In this document: piece after piece, positions 1 to 10,230 of the stretch
Layout of the letters: each line of letters opens with the position of its first letter
Numbering within the stretch: the stretch's first letter is position 1
Origin: a virus
Strand: one strand, 5' to 3'
IMG/VR virus record: IMGVR_UViG_3300024261_001362
Coordinates: 32,706-96,705 of that record
DNA: 64,000 bases
Notes under the pieces: model-generated
Told to the model about the DNA's origin: nothing
Databases searched by the model: none
What the model saw: only the letters and a program-made list of their open reading frames with translations
Position numbers and translations under genes: made by a program

Positions 1-167
1 AACATTCCAAAAGATGGAATCGTAGGATTGTAATCAATATCATTATAAAACAGACTAGCATCCTTTATTTTTCTACGTCGAATACTGCTATTTAGAGTCT
101 TGAAAATATCTATATTGCGATTTGCCGTATTTACTTTGTCTATATAAAAACCAATGTTCTTAAGCAT
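1..167 (-). CDS. hypothetical protein, runs off the left window edge
   Basis: Not in the ORF track. ATG at 167 overlaps the end of the upstream gene; reads MLKNIGFYIDKVNTANRNIDIFK... with no stop before base 1. Confidence 0.7.
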   Translation of the reverse strand, partial: MLKNIGFYIDKVNTANRNIDIFKTLNSSIRRRKIKDASLFYNDIDYNPTIPSFGM

Positions 168-1086
168 GTTTATTCTCCATATACCATTTAATGGTTCTCT
201 GTAGACCTTCTCTGAGGTCAATTTCAGCCTCAAATCCCAATCGTTCTTTTGCTCTTGATACATCTAAGCATCGACGAGGCTGACCGTCTGGTTTTGAGGA
301 ATCGTATAGTACTTCGCCATCATAGCCCATAATGTCTACAATCTCAGCGACCAAATCTTTAATTTTGATTTCTTTACCAGTGCCAATATTGATAGGCTCT
401 GGAGAAACATTATTTGTAATAGCAGCAACAATTGCTCTGCCACAGTCACCAACAAATAAGAATTCACGAGAAGCTTCACCAGTTCCCCATAAAGTAATTG
501 ATGGATCACCATTTTCTATTGCTTGATGAACTTTCAAGATAAGTGCGGGAATTACGTGACTACTTGTTAGGTTAAAATGATCATGAGGCCCATACATATT
601 TACTGGAATTAAATTGACACCATTAAAATCGTATTGCTCATGATATGCTTCCACCAGTCTCATAAGGGTCTTTTTAGCAATACCATATGGAGCATTGGTT
701 TCTTCTGGATAACCATTCCATAAATCTTCTTCCTTAAAAGGCACAGGTGTGAATTTGGGATATGCACAAACTGTTCCAAGTAAAATAAACTTAGGGACTT
801 TTGCTTTCATCGCTGAGTGAATAATATTAGTTCCCATAATCAGATTTTCATACATAAACTTTCCGGGATTTTCCTGGTTTGCACCAATACCTCCCACGCT
901 TCCCGCAGTATGTATAATAACATCTGGAGCACTTCTACTGATAACATCATCAGTGCATCTAGCTTTACATAAATTATAAGGTTTACTACCTATTGATCTG
1001 ACTTGGCTACTGCCAAATGTTTCTTGTAAAATTTTGGTAAGGTTTGTGCCCAAAAACCCAGTACCACCTGTTAGTAATATTCTCAT
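160..1086 (-). CDS. fcl: GDP-L-fucose synthase (epimerase/reductase)
   Basis: GGTGFLG Rossmann motif, VGGIGAN, YGIAK (YxxxK), SSHVIPALI, GTGEASREFL and KPDGQPRR motifs of Fcl/WcaG. Confidence 0.93.
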   Translation of the reverse strand: MRILLTGGTGFLGTNLTKILQETFGSSQVRSIGSKPYNLCKARCTDDVISRSAPDVIIHTAGSVGGIGANQENPGKFMYENLIMGTNIIHSAMKAKVPKFILLGTVCAYPKFTPVPFKEEDLWNGYPEETNAPYGIAKKTLMRLVEAYHEQYDFNGVNLIPVNMYGPHDHFNLTSSHVIPALILKVHQAIENGDPSITLWGTGEASREFLFVGDCGRAIVAAITNNVSPEPINIGTGKEIKIKDLVAEIVDIMGYDGEVLYDSSKPDGQPRRCLDVSRAKERLGFEAEIDLREGLQRTIKWYMENKHA

Positions 1087-1126
1087 TAATAATGTTCTCC
1101 TTCAACTCGGTTTATATTTGCTACAT

Positions 1127-1957
1127 TTACCAATAACATCCAAATTCCATTGTTCCGTGATAGGGAGGGACTTCATGTGGCATTGGTCTTATCCAATCTT
1201 TTGTACCATACCAGTTATGTTGTTTGAACCCATCATCCCATCTCTTACCTCTTACACCATATAGTATTTGATTTCCCCCGCCGAGGTGGACACACGGTTT
1301 CCCCATTGCTTTGATATGCTGACAGATATGTAGCGATAGACCTCCACATCCTACTGTCGCAAAATCAAAATCTAATTTGTCAATCTCGGATAACATACTG
1401 TCCAGTTTCTGTCTCCAAGGTATTGGCTTATCACCAGTCCAATGCTCTGAGAATCTAGACGTTACCGTGGCTAACTCTTTAACTTTAGCCCCATCCCATA
1501 TTTTATCAAATTTTTTGATTTGGTTTTTTATAGTGTCGGAGAAAGGAGATACACACAAGACCTTCTTATCAGATAGACTATGGTGCCATCCCTCTTTACC
1601 AAACACAAATGGTTCCAATCCTTCAAAATCATTAAATACATTTTTATTGTGTGTGACATTGTTTATAATTTCTTCATCTTCCTTTTGTGGAGACCATTGT
1701 AAGATGTAGTCTAAGTCTGTCACGGCTTCTAGAAACGAAGAGCACCAATCGTTGAATTCATCTATACTGGGTGTGAAAATACCAGCACTTGAATGTAAAA
1801 ATGAACCAAAAAGCCGAGGCTGATTATTTGCAAAACTGAGAGCGTGCATTGCTTCCACATTGCCCATTTTACCAAATGAAATAGGTTTGTTATCTATGAT
1901 TGAAGATTTTATTATTTGGTTTATATTCACTTTTTGTTCCTTCTGACCCAACGCCAA
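1127..1957 (-). CDS. putative glycosyltransferase-related protein (GT-D/DUF1792-like)
   Basis: KKVLCVSPF, DFDFATVGCG and HLGG...LYGVRGKRW motifs; lies in the glycan island. Confidence 0.55.
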   Translation of the reverse strand: MALGQKEQKVNINQIIKSSIIDNKPISFGKMGNVEAMHALSFANNQPRLFGSFLHSSAGIFTPSIDEFNDWCSSFLEAVTDLDYILQWSPQKEDEEIINNVTHNKNVFNDFEGLEPFVFGKEGWHHSLSDKKVLCVSPFSDTIKNQIKKFDKIWDGAKVKELATVTSRFSEHWTGDKPIPWRQKLDSMLSEIDKLDFDFATVGCGGLSLHICQHIKAMGKPCVHLGGGNQILYGVRGKRWDDGFKQHNWYGTKDWIRPMPHEVPPYHGTMEFGCYW

Positions 1958-2572
1958 TTATTTTTTAGTAAAAATTAAATCCTGTTGAAATAACTTACCG
2001 TCTGGATATCTTCCTTCACCACAGAGTCCAGATATTTTATAGTCTATACTATCCATATATTTAACAACTTCATCTTGATCTGGAGAACCAATATTATATT
2101 CCTCTAAAGAAGTTTCTAGACATATTACCTTGAAATTATCTATATATTCACTTGCTCCTTTTAAGATATCTAATTCTGAACCTTGAGTATCAATTTTGAT
2201 AGAATCATAGGTTATATCTTGATCTTTTAGAATATCATCTAACATTGTGGTTTTTTTAACAATATAATTTTCTGGTAAATAGTAATCATTATTTTCTTTG
2301 TAATATGACGTGCCAGTACAAGTGTCATTATTTTTATTAAGGTAAAACTTTACTTCCTTTTCAACATCAGACAATATTGCAATTTTATGAGGTAAAAATT
2401 TTCTACTTAATTCTATTGAATTTTTTTCATTACCTTCTATACAGTAGACGTACAGTTCTGTATTAAATCTTTTTTGAGTTGTGGCCCAATCTCCATCATG
2501 AGCACCAATGTCTAATAAATAGAAACATTGATTATCTATTAAAGTGGACCCTAAAATATCATGGCGAAACAT
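1958..2572 (-). CDS. FkbM-family methyltransferase
   Basis: LDIGAHDG SAM-binding motif and IKIDTQGSELDILKG. Confidence 0.88.
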   Translation of the reverse strand: MFRHDILGSTLIDNQCFYLLDIGAHDGDWATTQKRFNTELYVYCIEGNEKNSIELSRKFLPHKIAILSDVEKEVKFYLNKNNDTCTGTSYYKENNDYYLPENYIVKKTTMLDDILKDQDITYDSIKIDTQGSELDILKGASEYIDNFKVICLETSLEEYNIGSPDQDEVVKYMDSIDYKISGLCGEGRYPDGKLFQQDLIFTKK

Positions 2573-2610
2573 TATGACATCCTTTCACGCTTTGTTGTTG
2601 TTATTGTTTT

Positions 2611-3354
2611 TTAAAATTTAATTATACTCCCGTCTCCCCAGCCCGGAAGAAAATGATCGTGTCTAACAAAATACCAATTATTTTCAAGTATAAATTTAAA
2701 TTCTTTATTAAGCTTGTTAAGGTGGTAAAACGACATTCTGTGATCACAGTGGTCGATTCCCTCATTAAAAATATCCATGAAATTTAGATAGAGGTCTAAG
2801 TAGTGTTTGATGTGAGTAGGAGTTGAAGCTATAATCCCTGTAGTTACATGGTCTTTATGCATACGTGAGTCTGGGCTATAGCCATCGTATATAGCGTCAT
2901 CATCTATTTGTTCTACAAACTTAGCGGTAGGTGCTACATCTGTTCTAGTCCAAACAGCTAAATCATATTCATCCATAAATTCTGACATCATCTCTCCAGA
3001 TTTCCACCTAGAGTATAACATTGATTGAAATATATCGGAGGAAGCTGTTGCTTTAAGTGGTTTGCCGTTGTTGTTATCTAATATTTCTATTTTGGGAAAC
3101 TCTTTTTGTTTTTCAAATAAATATTTTCTTGGTTTATAAAGGTCTAATATTTTCTTGTCAGTATCTGGCTGTACAACATCTGATGTTCGCGGGTTTCTAT
3201 CAGAATATATTTTTAATTCTTCTCCAATATTTGATTCGTCAAACCACAGGTGGAAGAAATAATCTACTTCATGATTTGATAAGCTTTCAGATAAGTATTT
3301 GTGCCCAATATTAAAATGTCTTGGTTGACCACTTAAACATACTGCTATCTTCAT
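2611..3354 (-). CDS. putative glycosyltransferase-like protein
   Basis: MKIAVCLSGQPR N-terminus, SMLYS and YDLAVWTRTD motifs; start moved to ATG 3354, which overlaps the upstream stop. Confidence 0.6.
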   Translation of the reverse strand: MKIAVCLSGQPRHFNIGHKYLSESLSNHEVDYFFHLWFDESNIGEELKIYSDRNPRTSDVVQPDTDKKILDLYKPRKYLFEKQKEFPKIEILDNNNGKPLKATASSDIFQSMLYSRWKSGEMMSEFMDEYDLAVWTRTDVAPTAKFVEQIDDDAIYDGYSPDSRMHKDHVTTGIIASTPTHIKHYLDLYLNFMDIFNEGIDHCDHRMSFYHLNKLNKEFKFILENNWYFVRHDHFLPGWGDGSIIKF

Positions 3355-4205
3355 GATAAATTCTCCCAAAAAAAGTGTAAGATATCATGTATTTTATCTT
3401 TGTGATCTAAATATGGTACTGGGCAGTGAATATCCACATAGTTACTTTTTGTGTTTTTATCAAACTGACATCCTGTAGACCTGCATATTTTTTTAGAGGG
3501 ATTACGTTTAAACGGTCTTTCAAATCCGGTAAATTTATCTAAGTAATTTTTATGTATTAGGGATGTCGTATAAATCTCTTCCCATGCCCATATGCCGTGC
3601 TGTCTGATCTCAGTTTCACCCCAGTGTCGTTGATCTTGTAGTTCTGCATAAGAAGCTCCAATTTTTTTACGGTGCGATCTCCACTGATCCAGTAATGCTA
3701 CAATGTGTGTTTCTAATGATAGATTCAGTTCTAACGCTTTTGTGAATGTAGATCCTTTTGCGACGTGGTAGTGTGCATTTAGATAAGACCTGTCTGGAGC
3801 AGGCCCGTCTTTTTTCCATATTCCTATTGGAACCCCAGTCGATTCCTCCGTAGCGTCTTCTGCCAAGTGTACATAGTGGTCGTCTGGAACATTAGAAATG
3901 TTATCAATAAAGTGTTCTCTTTGTAAAGGTATTTGATCTATATCTCCTATCATCCAAGTTGTGTCTGGTTCATTGCTGGTATAATGGAATTTATTAAATG
4001 CAAATTGAACTGTGGTTGGATATCCTTCTATATAATCAATCTCTATAATTTTCCCATACTCTTCACTTAAATCGCAGTTCTCTTTTTTGCCGTATAGTAG
4101 CAGGACACAATCCATATCTAAAAACTTATTATGTATTTTAGAATTGATGTTCCAAAAATCGCTATATTGCTCTGTAGCACACCATATCACTTTATCAATT
4201 TTCAT
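3351..4205 (-). CDS. putative GT-A fold glycosyltransferase
   Basis: DxD-like motif GDIDQIP and C-terminal DIHCP; island context. Confidence 0.5.
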   Translation of the reverse strand: MKIDKVIWCATEQYSDFWNINSKIHNKFLDMDCVLLLYGKKENCDLSEEYGKIIEIDYIEGYPTTVQFAFNKFHYTSNEPDTTWMIGDIDQIPLQREHFIDNISNVPDDHYVHLAEDATEESTGVPIGIWKKDGPAPDRSYLNAHYHVAKGSTFTKALELNLSLETHIVALLDQWRSHRKKIGASYAELQDQRHWGETEIRQHGIWAWEEIYTTSLIHKNYLDKFTGFERPFKRNPSKKICRSTGCQFDKNTKSNYVDIHCPVPYLDHKDKIHDILHFFWENLS

Positions 4206-5073
4206 TATTCTTCTCTCTATTTATAGCTTCTAGTTTTTCTCTTAATAAACTTGTAAAACCATCTTTATCAGTGTTAATCAAAAAGTTTGGGTTGTCAACA
4301 TATGTAAACATAGGAAACTGAGCGGTTTCCAAATTTTTTCGTGTTAGCGAGAGTAAATTATTCATATGTGCATACACTGCCTGTCCACCACCCTCACCAA
4401 TATGAATATTGAAAGCAGATCTTTTTAATATCTTCATATTCTTAATTATACATTCGAGATTATATAAACTTAATGAATCTTCATGAGTTAAGTCTTGTAA
4501 GTTTTTAATACCACCATTGATAATATCTTCGTATATAGAGAATGTTCCGTGCCAAGACAACTCTGAGCATTCAGTAAATTTTTTCTCTCCAATGATTTTT
4601 ACTTTTGTGTCGTAGTTATTAAATATGCTAAATAAGGTATCTTTTATTCCACTCCATGATTGATGTAGGTCTTTATCTATTCCTGTCATACACTTTGTAT
4701 TCATCACGATATAGTTTTCTTTCTCACCTACATCACCAAATAGGTTGCTTGCTGAGTGAGATGGTAATGAGTTTTTGGGTGTGCCGAGAAGGGCGGCTAT
4801 ATCTTGTGCAAGGGTATCAGATATAATTTCTACGTTAGGTGTTCCTCCTCCTTCCTCTATTACTTTTACATTCGGAATATCGTTACATAAAAATTTTAAT
4901 AAACTTAAAAGATCTTCAGCCCATGTTTTAGGATATTCAGGACGAATTACTTGCATAGTATCATAATCAAGAAACAGCTCAAAATTTATATTTGGATGCC
5001 CCCTAAATACAACTAAATAGTCTAAAAACACTTGCATACCTGAATATACTTTTACTTTTTTAACAACATTCAT
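4195..5073 (-). CDS. hypothetical protein
   Basis: 292-aa ORF overlapping both neighbours. Confidence 0.5.
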   Translation of the reverse strand: MNVVKKVKVYSGMQVFLDYLVVFRGHPNINFELFLDYDTMQVIRPEYPKTWAEDLLSLLKFLCNDIPNVKVIEEGGGTPNVEIISDTLAQDIAALLGTPKNSLPSHSASNLFGDVGEKENYIVMNTKCMTGIDKDLHQSWSGIKDTLFSIFNNYDTKVKIIGEKKFTECSELSWHGTFSIYEDIINGGIKNLQDLTHEDSLSLYNLECIIKNMKILKRSAFNIHIGEGGGQAVYAHMNNLLSLTRKNLETAQFPMFTYVDNPNFLINTDKDGFTSLLREKLEAINREKNNEN

Positions 5074-5530
5074 GTTTATCCTTATATTTTAGTGGGAAGT
5101 CCGTTAGTATAGCTAGGCATTTTTCATCGGAACACATATAATTATAGTACTCTGGCATAACTAAAACACAATTTTTATCTAAATTTTTAGTTGGTTTACA
5201 AAATAAATAGTTCTTTGAAGTTAATACATATTCATCGTCATCATGTCCGAAGTAATTTAATTCATTATTTGAATCATTCTGTCTTAGGTAACGCATAACG
5301 TCTAAGTTTTTACAATGAATCCATAACTTATCTTTATGGGTGTATAAAAAATCTTCTGTCACATTATACTCTGGTCCGTCATGACCTAAAAATAGACCAT
5401 CATATGTATACCATAGATCCACTTCTACGTGGAATTCTTTGTTTATAGCATTAATAATATATTCTGGACTATTTTCTAATTCCGTAATTGGTCCATCAAT
5501 ATTACCTCTATGAGCGATTAAAATCATCAA
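5060..5530 (-). CDS. glycerophosphodiester phosphodiesterase-like protein
   Basis: LIAHRGN...ENSP, VEVDLW, LGHD and WIHCKN motifs. Confidence 0.75.
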   Translation of the reverse strand: MMILIAHRGNIDGPITELENSPEYIINAINKEFHVEVDLWYTYDGLFLGHDGPEYNVTEDFLYTHKDKLWIHCKNLDVMRYLRQNDSNNELNYFGHDDDEYVLTSKNYLFCKPTKNLDKNCVLVMPEYYNYMCSDEKCLAILTDFPLKYKDKHECC

Positions 5531-6278
5531 ACCACCTCATCCAAAAAATATAATCTTCTACATCTCTAGGTACTCCAAGTGCCACATATGGACATTTATA
5601 TGCTTTTACTTTTAGTCCATCCTTGACCATATGTTCGACAGCTTGAGTAACATAAAATTCATTGTTGACCTTAATATCTTTATCTATTAAGAAATTAAAA
5701 TATTCCTTCATAGTACTACATCTTCTAAAGAAATAATTACCACTTGATCCTCCCTTGTTTGCATCTGCGAAATCTTCTTCTGTAAAGGAATGTTTTTCAC
5801 GAACATTCGTCACGTTTAGATTTTCATCGTGCTCAACGAGACAGTAATAACTATTGCTTCTCCAATGTGGGTTTTTAAAGTCGTGGACTGTCATTCCGCC
5901 ATCGTAGCCATCGAAGGCTTTGACCATATCACGTATAGTAGTACCTTGCAATGTGTCTATATAGCTAACTAATATTGGCTGATCGTCATCTAATTCTGAA
6001 AATATTTGTCTAATGGAGTAGATTGGGCCAAGGTTGTTATGAGGTATTGTTAGAACACAGGCATCTTTACAATATTTATGTATCTCATCTTTTATCTTAT
6101 AGTTTTCGAGATCTTCTTGTCTACATAAAAATATAGACTCGTAGTCATTAAAATCCTTAAACGAATTCACAAATGTTCCCACCATAGACATTCCATTTAT
6201 ATCGGCAACTGCTTTGTGTGGATATCCGTTATCGGTAAATCTTTTACTATTTCCTGAAAGTGTAATTAAATGTATCAT
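5508..6278 (-). CDS. sugar-phosphate nucleotidyltransferase-like protein
   Basis: LSGNSKRF...K N-terminal motif, VREK, NNEFYV, LGVPRD. Confidence 0.8.
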   Translation of the reverse strand: MIHLITLSGNSKRFTDNGYPHKAVADINGMSMVGTFVNSFKDFNDYESIFLCRQEDLENYKIKDEIHKYCKDACVLTIPHNNLGPIYSIRQIFSELDDDQPILVSYIDTLQGTTIRDMVKAFDGYDGGMTVHDFKNPHWRSNSYYCLVEHDENLNVTNVREKHSFTEEDFADANKGGSSGNYFFRRCSTMKEYFNFLIDKDIKVNNEFYVTQAVEHMVKDGLKVKAYKCPYVALGVPRDVEDYIFWMRWFDDFNRS

Positions 6279-6991
6279 TTATTAACCTTTTTAAATACTG
6301 ATTTCATCTTGTGTTCTTCTCTCCAATGGGGCTTATCTACGGTTAACAAATACGAGTCTTTATGTTTGAATATACAGTAGTCTCCGTAATCGTATGTATA
6401 CAACCTACATCGTAGGTTATCAAATTTAGCAGAACTCATCTTTTCGTTAATAGTTGAATCTGACTTTTTGTAAATATTAATATCAAGTGGGAACAAAATT
6501 TCTCTAACAGCCGATGAATAAACTTGCGGTCCTGTTAATTCTAATATATTTTCTGTCGTTTCATTTTTAATATTGTAAACACATTTTTCGATTGTTCTTT
6601 CTAAAATGGGGTGTTCTTTACTAAACATTAAGCACCATTGAACGAATGTATCTTGATTCCCTTCTCTGCTGATTATAGCACGATCAGACTCTTTTATTAG
6701 TCCATCAAGATTTTTATGTATGTGGGAATCTATATCTAAATAAATCCCTCCTTGTTTATATAGTATTAGATATCTCCATAGGTCTGATTTAGCTGCTCCT
6801 ATATTTAGTTTTTCGTAGGTTGACAGCATGTCTTTATCGTAGTGTTGTTTGATAAAATAGAATATATCTTCGTCGTCATATAACTCATATTCATATGACG
6901 GATTCAAAAATATCATTTCGTCCACATAATCTTTTACTCTATGCGGTAAGTTTTTAGTAACCCAAGTTTGATATATTTTTTTAGTTATCAT
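6275..6991 (-). CDS. GT32 (OCH1-like) glycosyltransferase
   Basis: KKIYQTW, SDLWRY...GGIYLDID (DxD), LTGP. Confidence 0.88.
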   Translation of the reverse strand: MITKKIYQTWVTKNLPHRVKDYVDEMIFLNPSYEYELYDDEDIFYFIKQHYDKDMLSTYEKLNIGAAKSDLWRYLILYKQGGIYLDIDSHIHKNLDGLIKESDRAIISREGNQDTFVQWCLMFSKEHPILERTIEKCVYNIKNETTENILELTGPQVYSSAVREILFPLDINIYKKSDSTINEKMSSAKFDNLRCRLYTYDYGDYCIFKHKDSYLLTVDKPHWREEHKMKSVFKKVNK

Positions 6992-7028
6992 TTTTGCTCA
7001 CAAATGGATATTTATTAATGTCCATTCC

Positions 7029-7985
7029 CTAATCTAGATATATTTTTTTGAATGTTTCCATTATCACACTAGGTATATATTCTCTATATGCGTTCCAGTC
7101 TTTGCCTTCTTGTCGTTTAAAATTAAGAAATATTTCTAATAACTGATCTTTATTGTCGTAGTAAATCCCTTTCTCTCCGAGGATTGATATGTGAGTTCTT
7201 TCTCTAGATCCAAACCAAGTGATAACTGCTTTATTTTTTGTTGAAAATTCTCCACAAGTTAGTCCAAAGCTTTCTCCTTCATGTCTAGCGTGTATCATGG
7301 CGTCACAGCTATTTATAAATTTTGTTTTGTATTCCATATCTGCTGTTGGCTTTATGTGAATTATTCTTGGGTGTTCTATAAACTCATTTGTATTTTGAAA
7401 GATGAAGTATATATCATCTCTTTTTGATAGTGCTTCTATTATCACGTCTTCAACGAATGGTAAATTCCAAGTATTAAGACCTCCATTTCTACCAAACACA
7501 ATTGAGTTTTTTGGTATACCAAGCTCTGATCGTAAATCCTCTTTTAATTCTGGTAAATCTATCATATGAGGGACCGCTGGGATTTGTCCGCTGGAGCAAT
7601 ATTCACTAACCCAATATGAGTTGTAGGCATATACATCGCCATGTGATTCTGATGGTGGCACAAGACCCACAGCTTGCACTAACATTTTAGAATTCTTAAA
7701 GAAAACTCCATCGTCTTTTCTTCCTGCCTTTATTACGAAAATAGCATCTATATTTAATTCTTTTAATCTATCGTCTATGTCTGAAATAGATTTCCCAGAA
7801 AATACTCTATTTGTAAAACGTCTCTCAAATTTATCTATAGCTGTTTGATCATTTGCAGGATTATTTTCGCGGTAGAATATAAAGGATTCATTACCTAGAA
7901 TTGATTCATTATAGTTTGCATAATCGTAAATAGCTACAGTTGTGCCCATCAAACAAAGGGAGTTGTCATAAAACGCAATCTTCAT
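7029..7985 (-). CDS. GT-B fold glycosyltransferase
   Basis: CDAMIHAR...GESFGL..GE motif typical of GT4-like enzymes. Confidence 0.75.
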   Translation of the reverse strand: MKIAFYDNSLCLMGTTVAIYDYANYNESILGNESFIFYRENNPANDQTAIDKFERRFTNRVFSGKSISDIDDRLKELNIDAIFVIKAGRKDDGVFFKNSKMLVQAVGLVPPSESHGDVYAYNSYWVSEYCSSGQIPAVPHMIDLPELKEDLRSELGIPKNSIVFGRNGGLNTWNLPFVEDVIIEALSKRDDIYFIFQNTNEFIEHPRIIHIKPTADMEYKTKFINSCDAMIHARHEGESFGLTCGEFSTKNKAVITWFGSRERTHISILGEKGIYYDNKDQLLEIFLNFKRQEGKDWNAYREYIPSVIMETFKKIYLD

Positions 7986-7987
7986 TA

Positions 7988-8659
7988 TTATTCTCCGTAC
8001 TTTTTAATTAAATATTCTTCGGTGTGGATAGTTGTATTAAAAATTTCTGAGTTTTTATTTTGCTCTGCTAGAGATGGCTCGAACCAATAGTTATTAAGTT
8101 GGAATGTTTCTATTAGGTAATTAAAATAGTGGTCAGCAGCATCATTAGCATCATGGATATTATGGATCAATTTATTAATACAGTTTCTACTAATCATAAA
8201 TGCGTGTGTACATCTTGAACCATTCACCCTATAGACATTTTGGTGAGGAACTGCTTTTGCGTGTAGGTCACAACATGAACCAACCCAAGCCAAATCCCAA
8301 TTTTCTGGTAATTGACCTTTAAAGTTATTAAAAAGGTTTATGAAGTCTGGATGTAACTCAACGTCATCCTCTAGCATAAGTACAGACTCGTATCCTTGCT
8401 CGTATGCATCTTTAATCGCCCAGCAATACTTTAAGGTTAAGGATATTTCTGAAAGGTTGAGTTTAGTGTTTCTTGATGATGACCCAAAAATTTTAGGATA
8501 CTCTTTTTGAACTTGGTCAATATCCCAAGTTTCCTTATCGAAGCATTCAACAAAATGATATTCATTTAAACCAAGCTGTTCCAGATGTTCAATAACATAC
8601 TTTTTTCTTTCTTTTAGCTTATTCCAGTGACATATGTATATGTGATCCACATCTATCAT
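7988..8659 (-). CDS. GT25-family glycosyltransferase
   Basis: N-terminal ERK, SEISLTLKY, LMLEDDV and CTHAFMIS. Confidence 0.8.
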   Translation of the reverse strand: MIDVDHIYICHWNKLKERKKYVIEHLEQLGLNEYHFVECFDKETWDIDQVQKEYPKIFGSSSRNTKLNLSEISLTLKYCWAIKDAYEQGYESVLMLEDDVELHPDFINLFNNFKGQLPENWDLAWVGSCCDLHAKAVPHQNVYRVNGSRCTHAFMISRNCINKLIHNIHDANDAADHYFNYLIETFQLNNYWFEPSLAEQNKNSEIFNTTIHTEEYLIKKYGE

Positions 8660-8660
8660 A

Positions 8661-9575
8661 CTACAGTATTCCTTCTATAAATTTTAGTACATTGTTTGGT
8701 TTAACAAAGTCTGGCATTTCTCCATTTGTGAATAGCGGTTGATTAAACATTTCTTGATACAATTCTTCATCTTTATCTATTTTGATTATATCCTCTATCA
8801 AATCTTCCATATCTTCATAATCGTTTAAATTAAGAAAACACTTTGTATTGAAATCATAATCACATTTTTCATCAGACCAGTAGATTGGTATAGTTCCAGC
8901 AGTTTTAGCATGGAGCAATTTTTCCGTATAATATCCCTTGGTTGGAGATAAAGAGTTTTCAACACAAATAGAGAATTTATATTTAGATAGCGTCTCATAT
9001 TTTTTACTTTCACCATAATTCCAATTCCCGAAAGATTTCCCGTATCCATGAACCTGTTTGTATTTACTTAGTGTGTTCATCATTTCCAGCCTCATTGGGA
9101 TAGGGTTACTGAAAACAAAGGCACAAAATTCAGTTTTCGGAGTGTTTATATATGTATTATCTGATACTTGATTTATAGGTATCAAATACTCTGGATTTCC
9201 ATATGTTTTACTATCAAACCAGTCTATATACATACCCCACAGTGGGAACCTGTAATTTCTTTCGTCCTCTGAGAAATCAAAAGAGATAGCAAAATCTGAT
9301 TTTACGACTGCATTCCCTCTTTGTATAACGTAGTCTGGTCCGTCAAAGTTTGGCCTACAATTTTCTCCAGTATAAAAAATCTTTTTGCACTTGTGGTGTT
9401 TATAATTTAATGCAGACAGATCACCCCCATATCCGACTGTAAAGAACAGAAGATCGGGATCAGCTTGATCTATTTGAACTTCATACTTTGTCCTAAGCAA
9501 ATTTGTAAAATAGTTATTTTCTCTATCAAATCCATCTCCCCAAAAATCTACAAATCCTATTTTTATTTTTTCCAT
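8661..9575 (-). CDS. GT10 alpha-1,3/4-fucosyltransferase
   Basis: FYTGEN, FCAFVFSN and YKFSICVENS...GYYTEKL...IPIYW motifs. Confidence 0.9.
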   Translation of the reverse strand: MEKIKIGFVDFWGDGFDRENNYFTNLLRTKYEVQIDQADPDLLFFTVGYGGDLSALNYKHHKCKKIFYTGENCRPNFDGPDYVIQRGNAVVKSDFAISFDFSEDERNYRFPLWGMYIDWFDSKTYGNPEYLIPINQVSDNTYINTPKTEFCAFVFSNPIPMRLEMMNTLSKYKQVHGYGKSFGNWNYGESKKYETLSKYKFSICVENSLSPTKGYYTEKLLHAKTAGTIPIYWSDEKCDYDFNTKCFLNLNDYEDMEDLIEDIIKIDKDEELYQEMFNQPLFTNGEMPDFVKPNNVLKFIEGIL

Positions 9576-9579
9576 GCTA

Positions 9580-10230
9580 TTATGCTCCCACTGGAAACTC
9601 TAACCCAGTATATAACTTAAATTGATACGATGCTTGTAAATTAGCTAGCTGCTTACCAGTTTCTGTAGACACTAAACAGTCAATAAATTGCACAGAGTTA
9701 TGTAGTTTATTTTTGATACCTTCCACTGGGGTACAATTAAAAACAACACAGTCCGTAAGTTGCTGTATTTCACCCCAGTTTTTTCTAGTAATATTAATAT
9801 AAGTTATACCAAGTGTTTCTGCCGCTGCCTTAACCGCTAGTGCGTATCCTCCATTCCCTAGTATGTAAAAATTACTATTAGTAAAACATTTTAGATAATC
9901 TATTGCAGCCAAGAAGTCTGTATTGTATGCTTTTAACTTATTGTTTTTGTTTATTACAGTGTTTGCTGCCCCTATCTTTGCTGAATCGTCAATTTCGTCC
10001 ACATACTTTAGTACTTGTTGTTTGAATGGCATTGTTACCGCAAAACCCTTTATTCCAAGCGTCTTTACAGATTTTATAGCATCCTCTATGTTGTCTACAG
10101 AAAATGATTTATACACCTTATTCAATCCATAATAATAAAACGCAGTGTTAATCATTTGACAACCAGTGTTGCCAGAAGTCTGTGCAAACGAACAATATAA
10201 ATCAGTGTCTTTATTTATCCACGAGTTCAT
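9580..10230 (-). CDS. shikimate dehydrogenase-fold oxidoreductase
   Basis: GFAVTMPFK, IGAANTV, YNTD, GNGG, NCTPV and QASYQFKLYTG motifs. Confidence 0.8.
   Translation of the reverse strand: MNSWINKDTDLYCSFAQTSGNTGCQMINTAFYYYGLNKVYKSFSVDNIEDAIKSVKTLGIKGFAVTMPFKQQVLKYVDEIDDSAKIGAANTVINKNNKLKAYNTDFLAAIDYLKCFTNSNFYILGNGGYALAVKAAAETLGITYINITRKNWGEIQQLTDCVVFNCTPVEGIKNKLHNSVQFIDCLVSTETGKQLANLQASYQFKLYTGLEFPVGA

Noticed and set aside
9580-10230. aroE as a shikimate-pathway auxiliary gene
   Set aside because: No other aro genes; embedded in a sugar-nucleotide cluster, so no gene symbol was assigned
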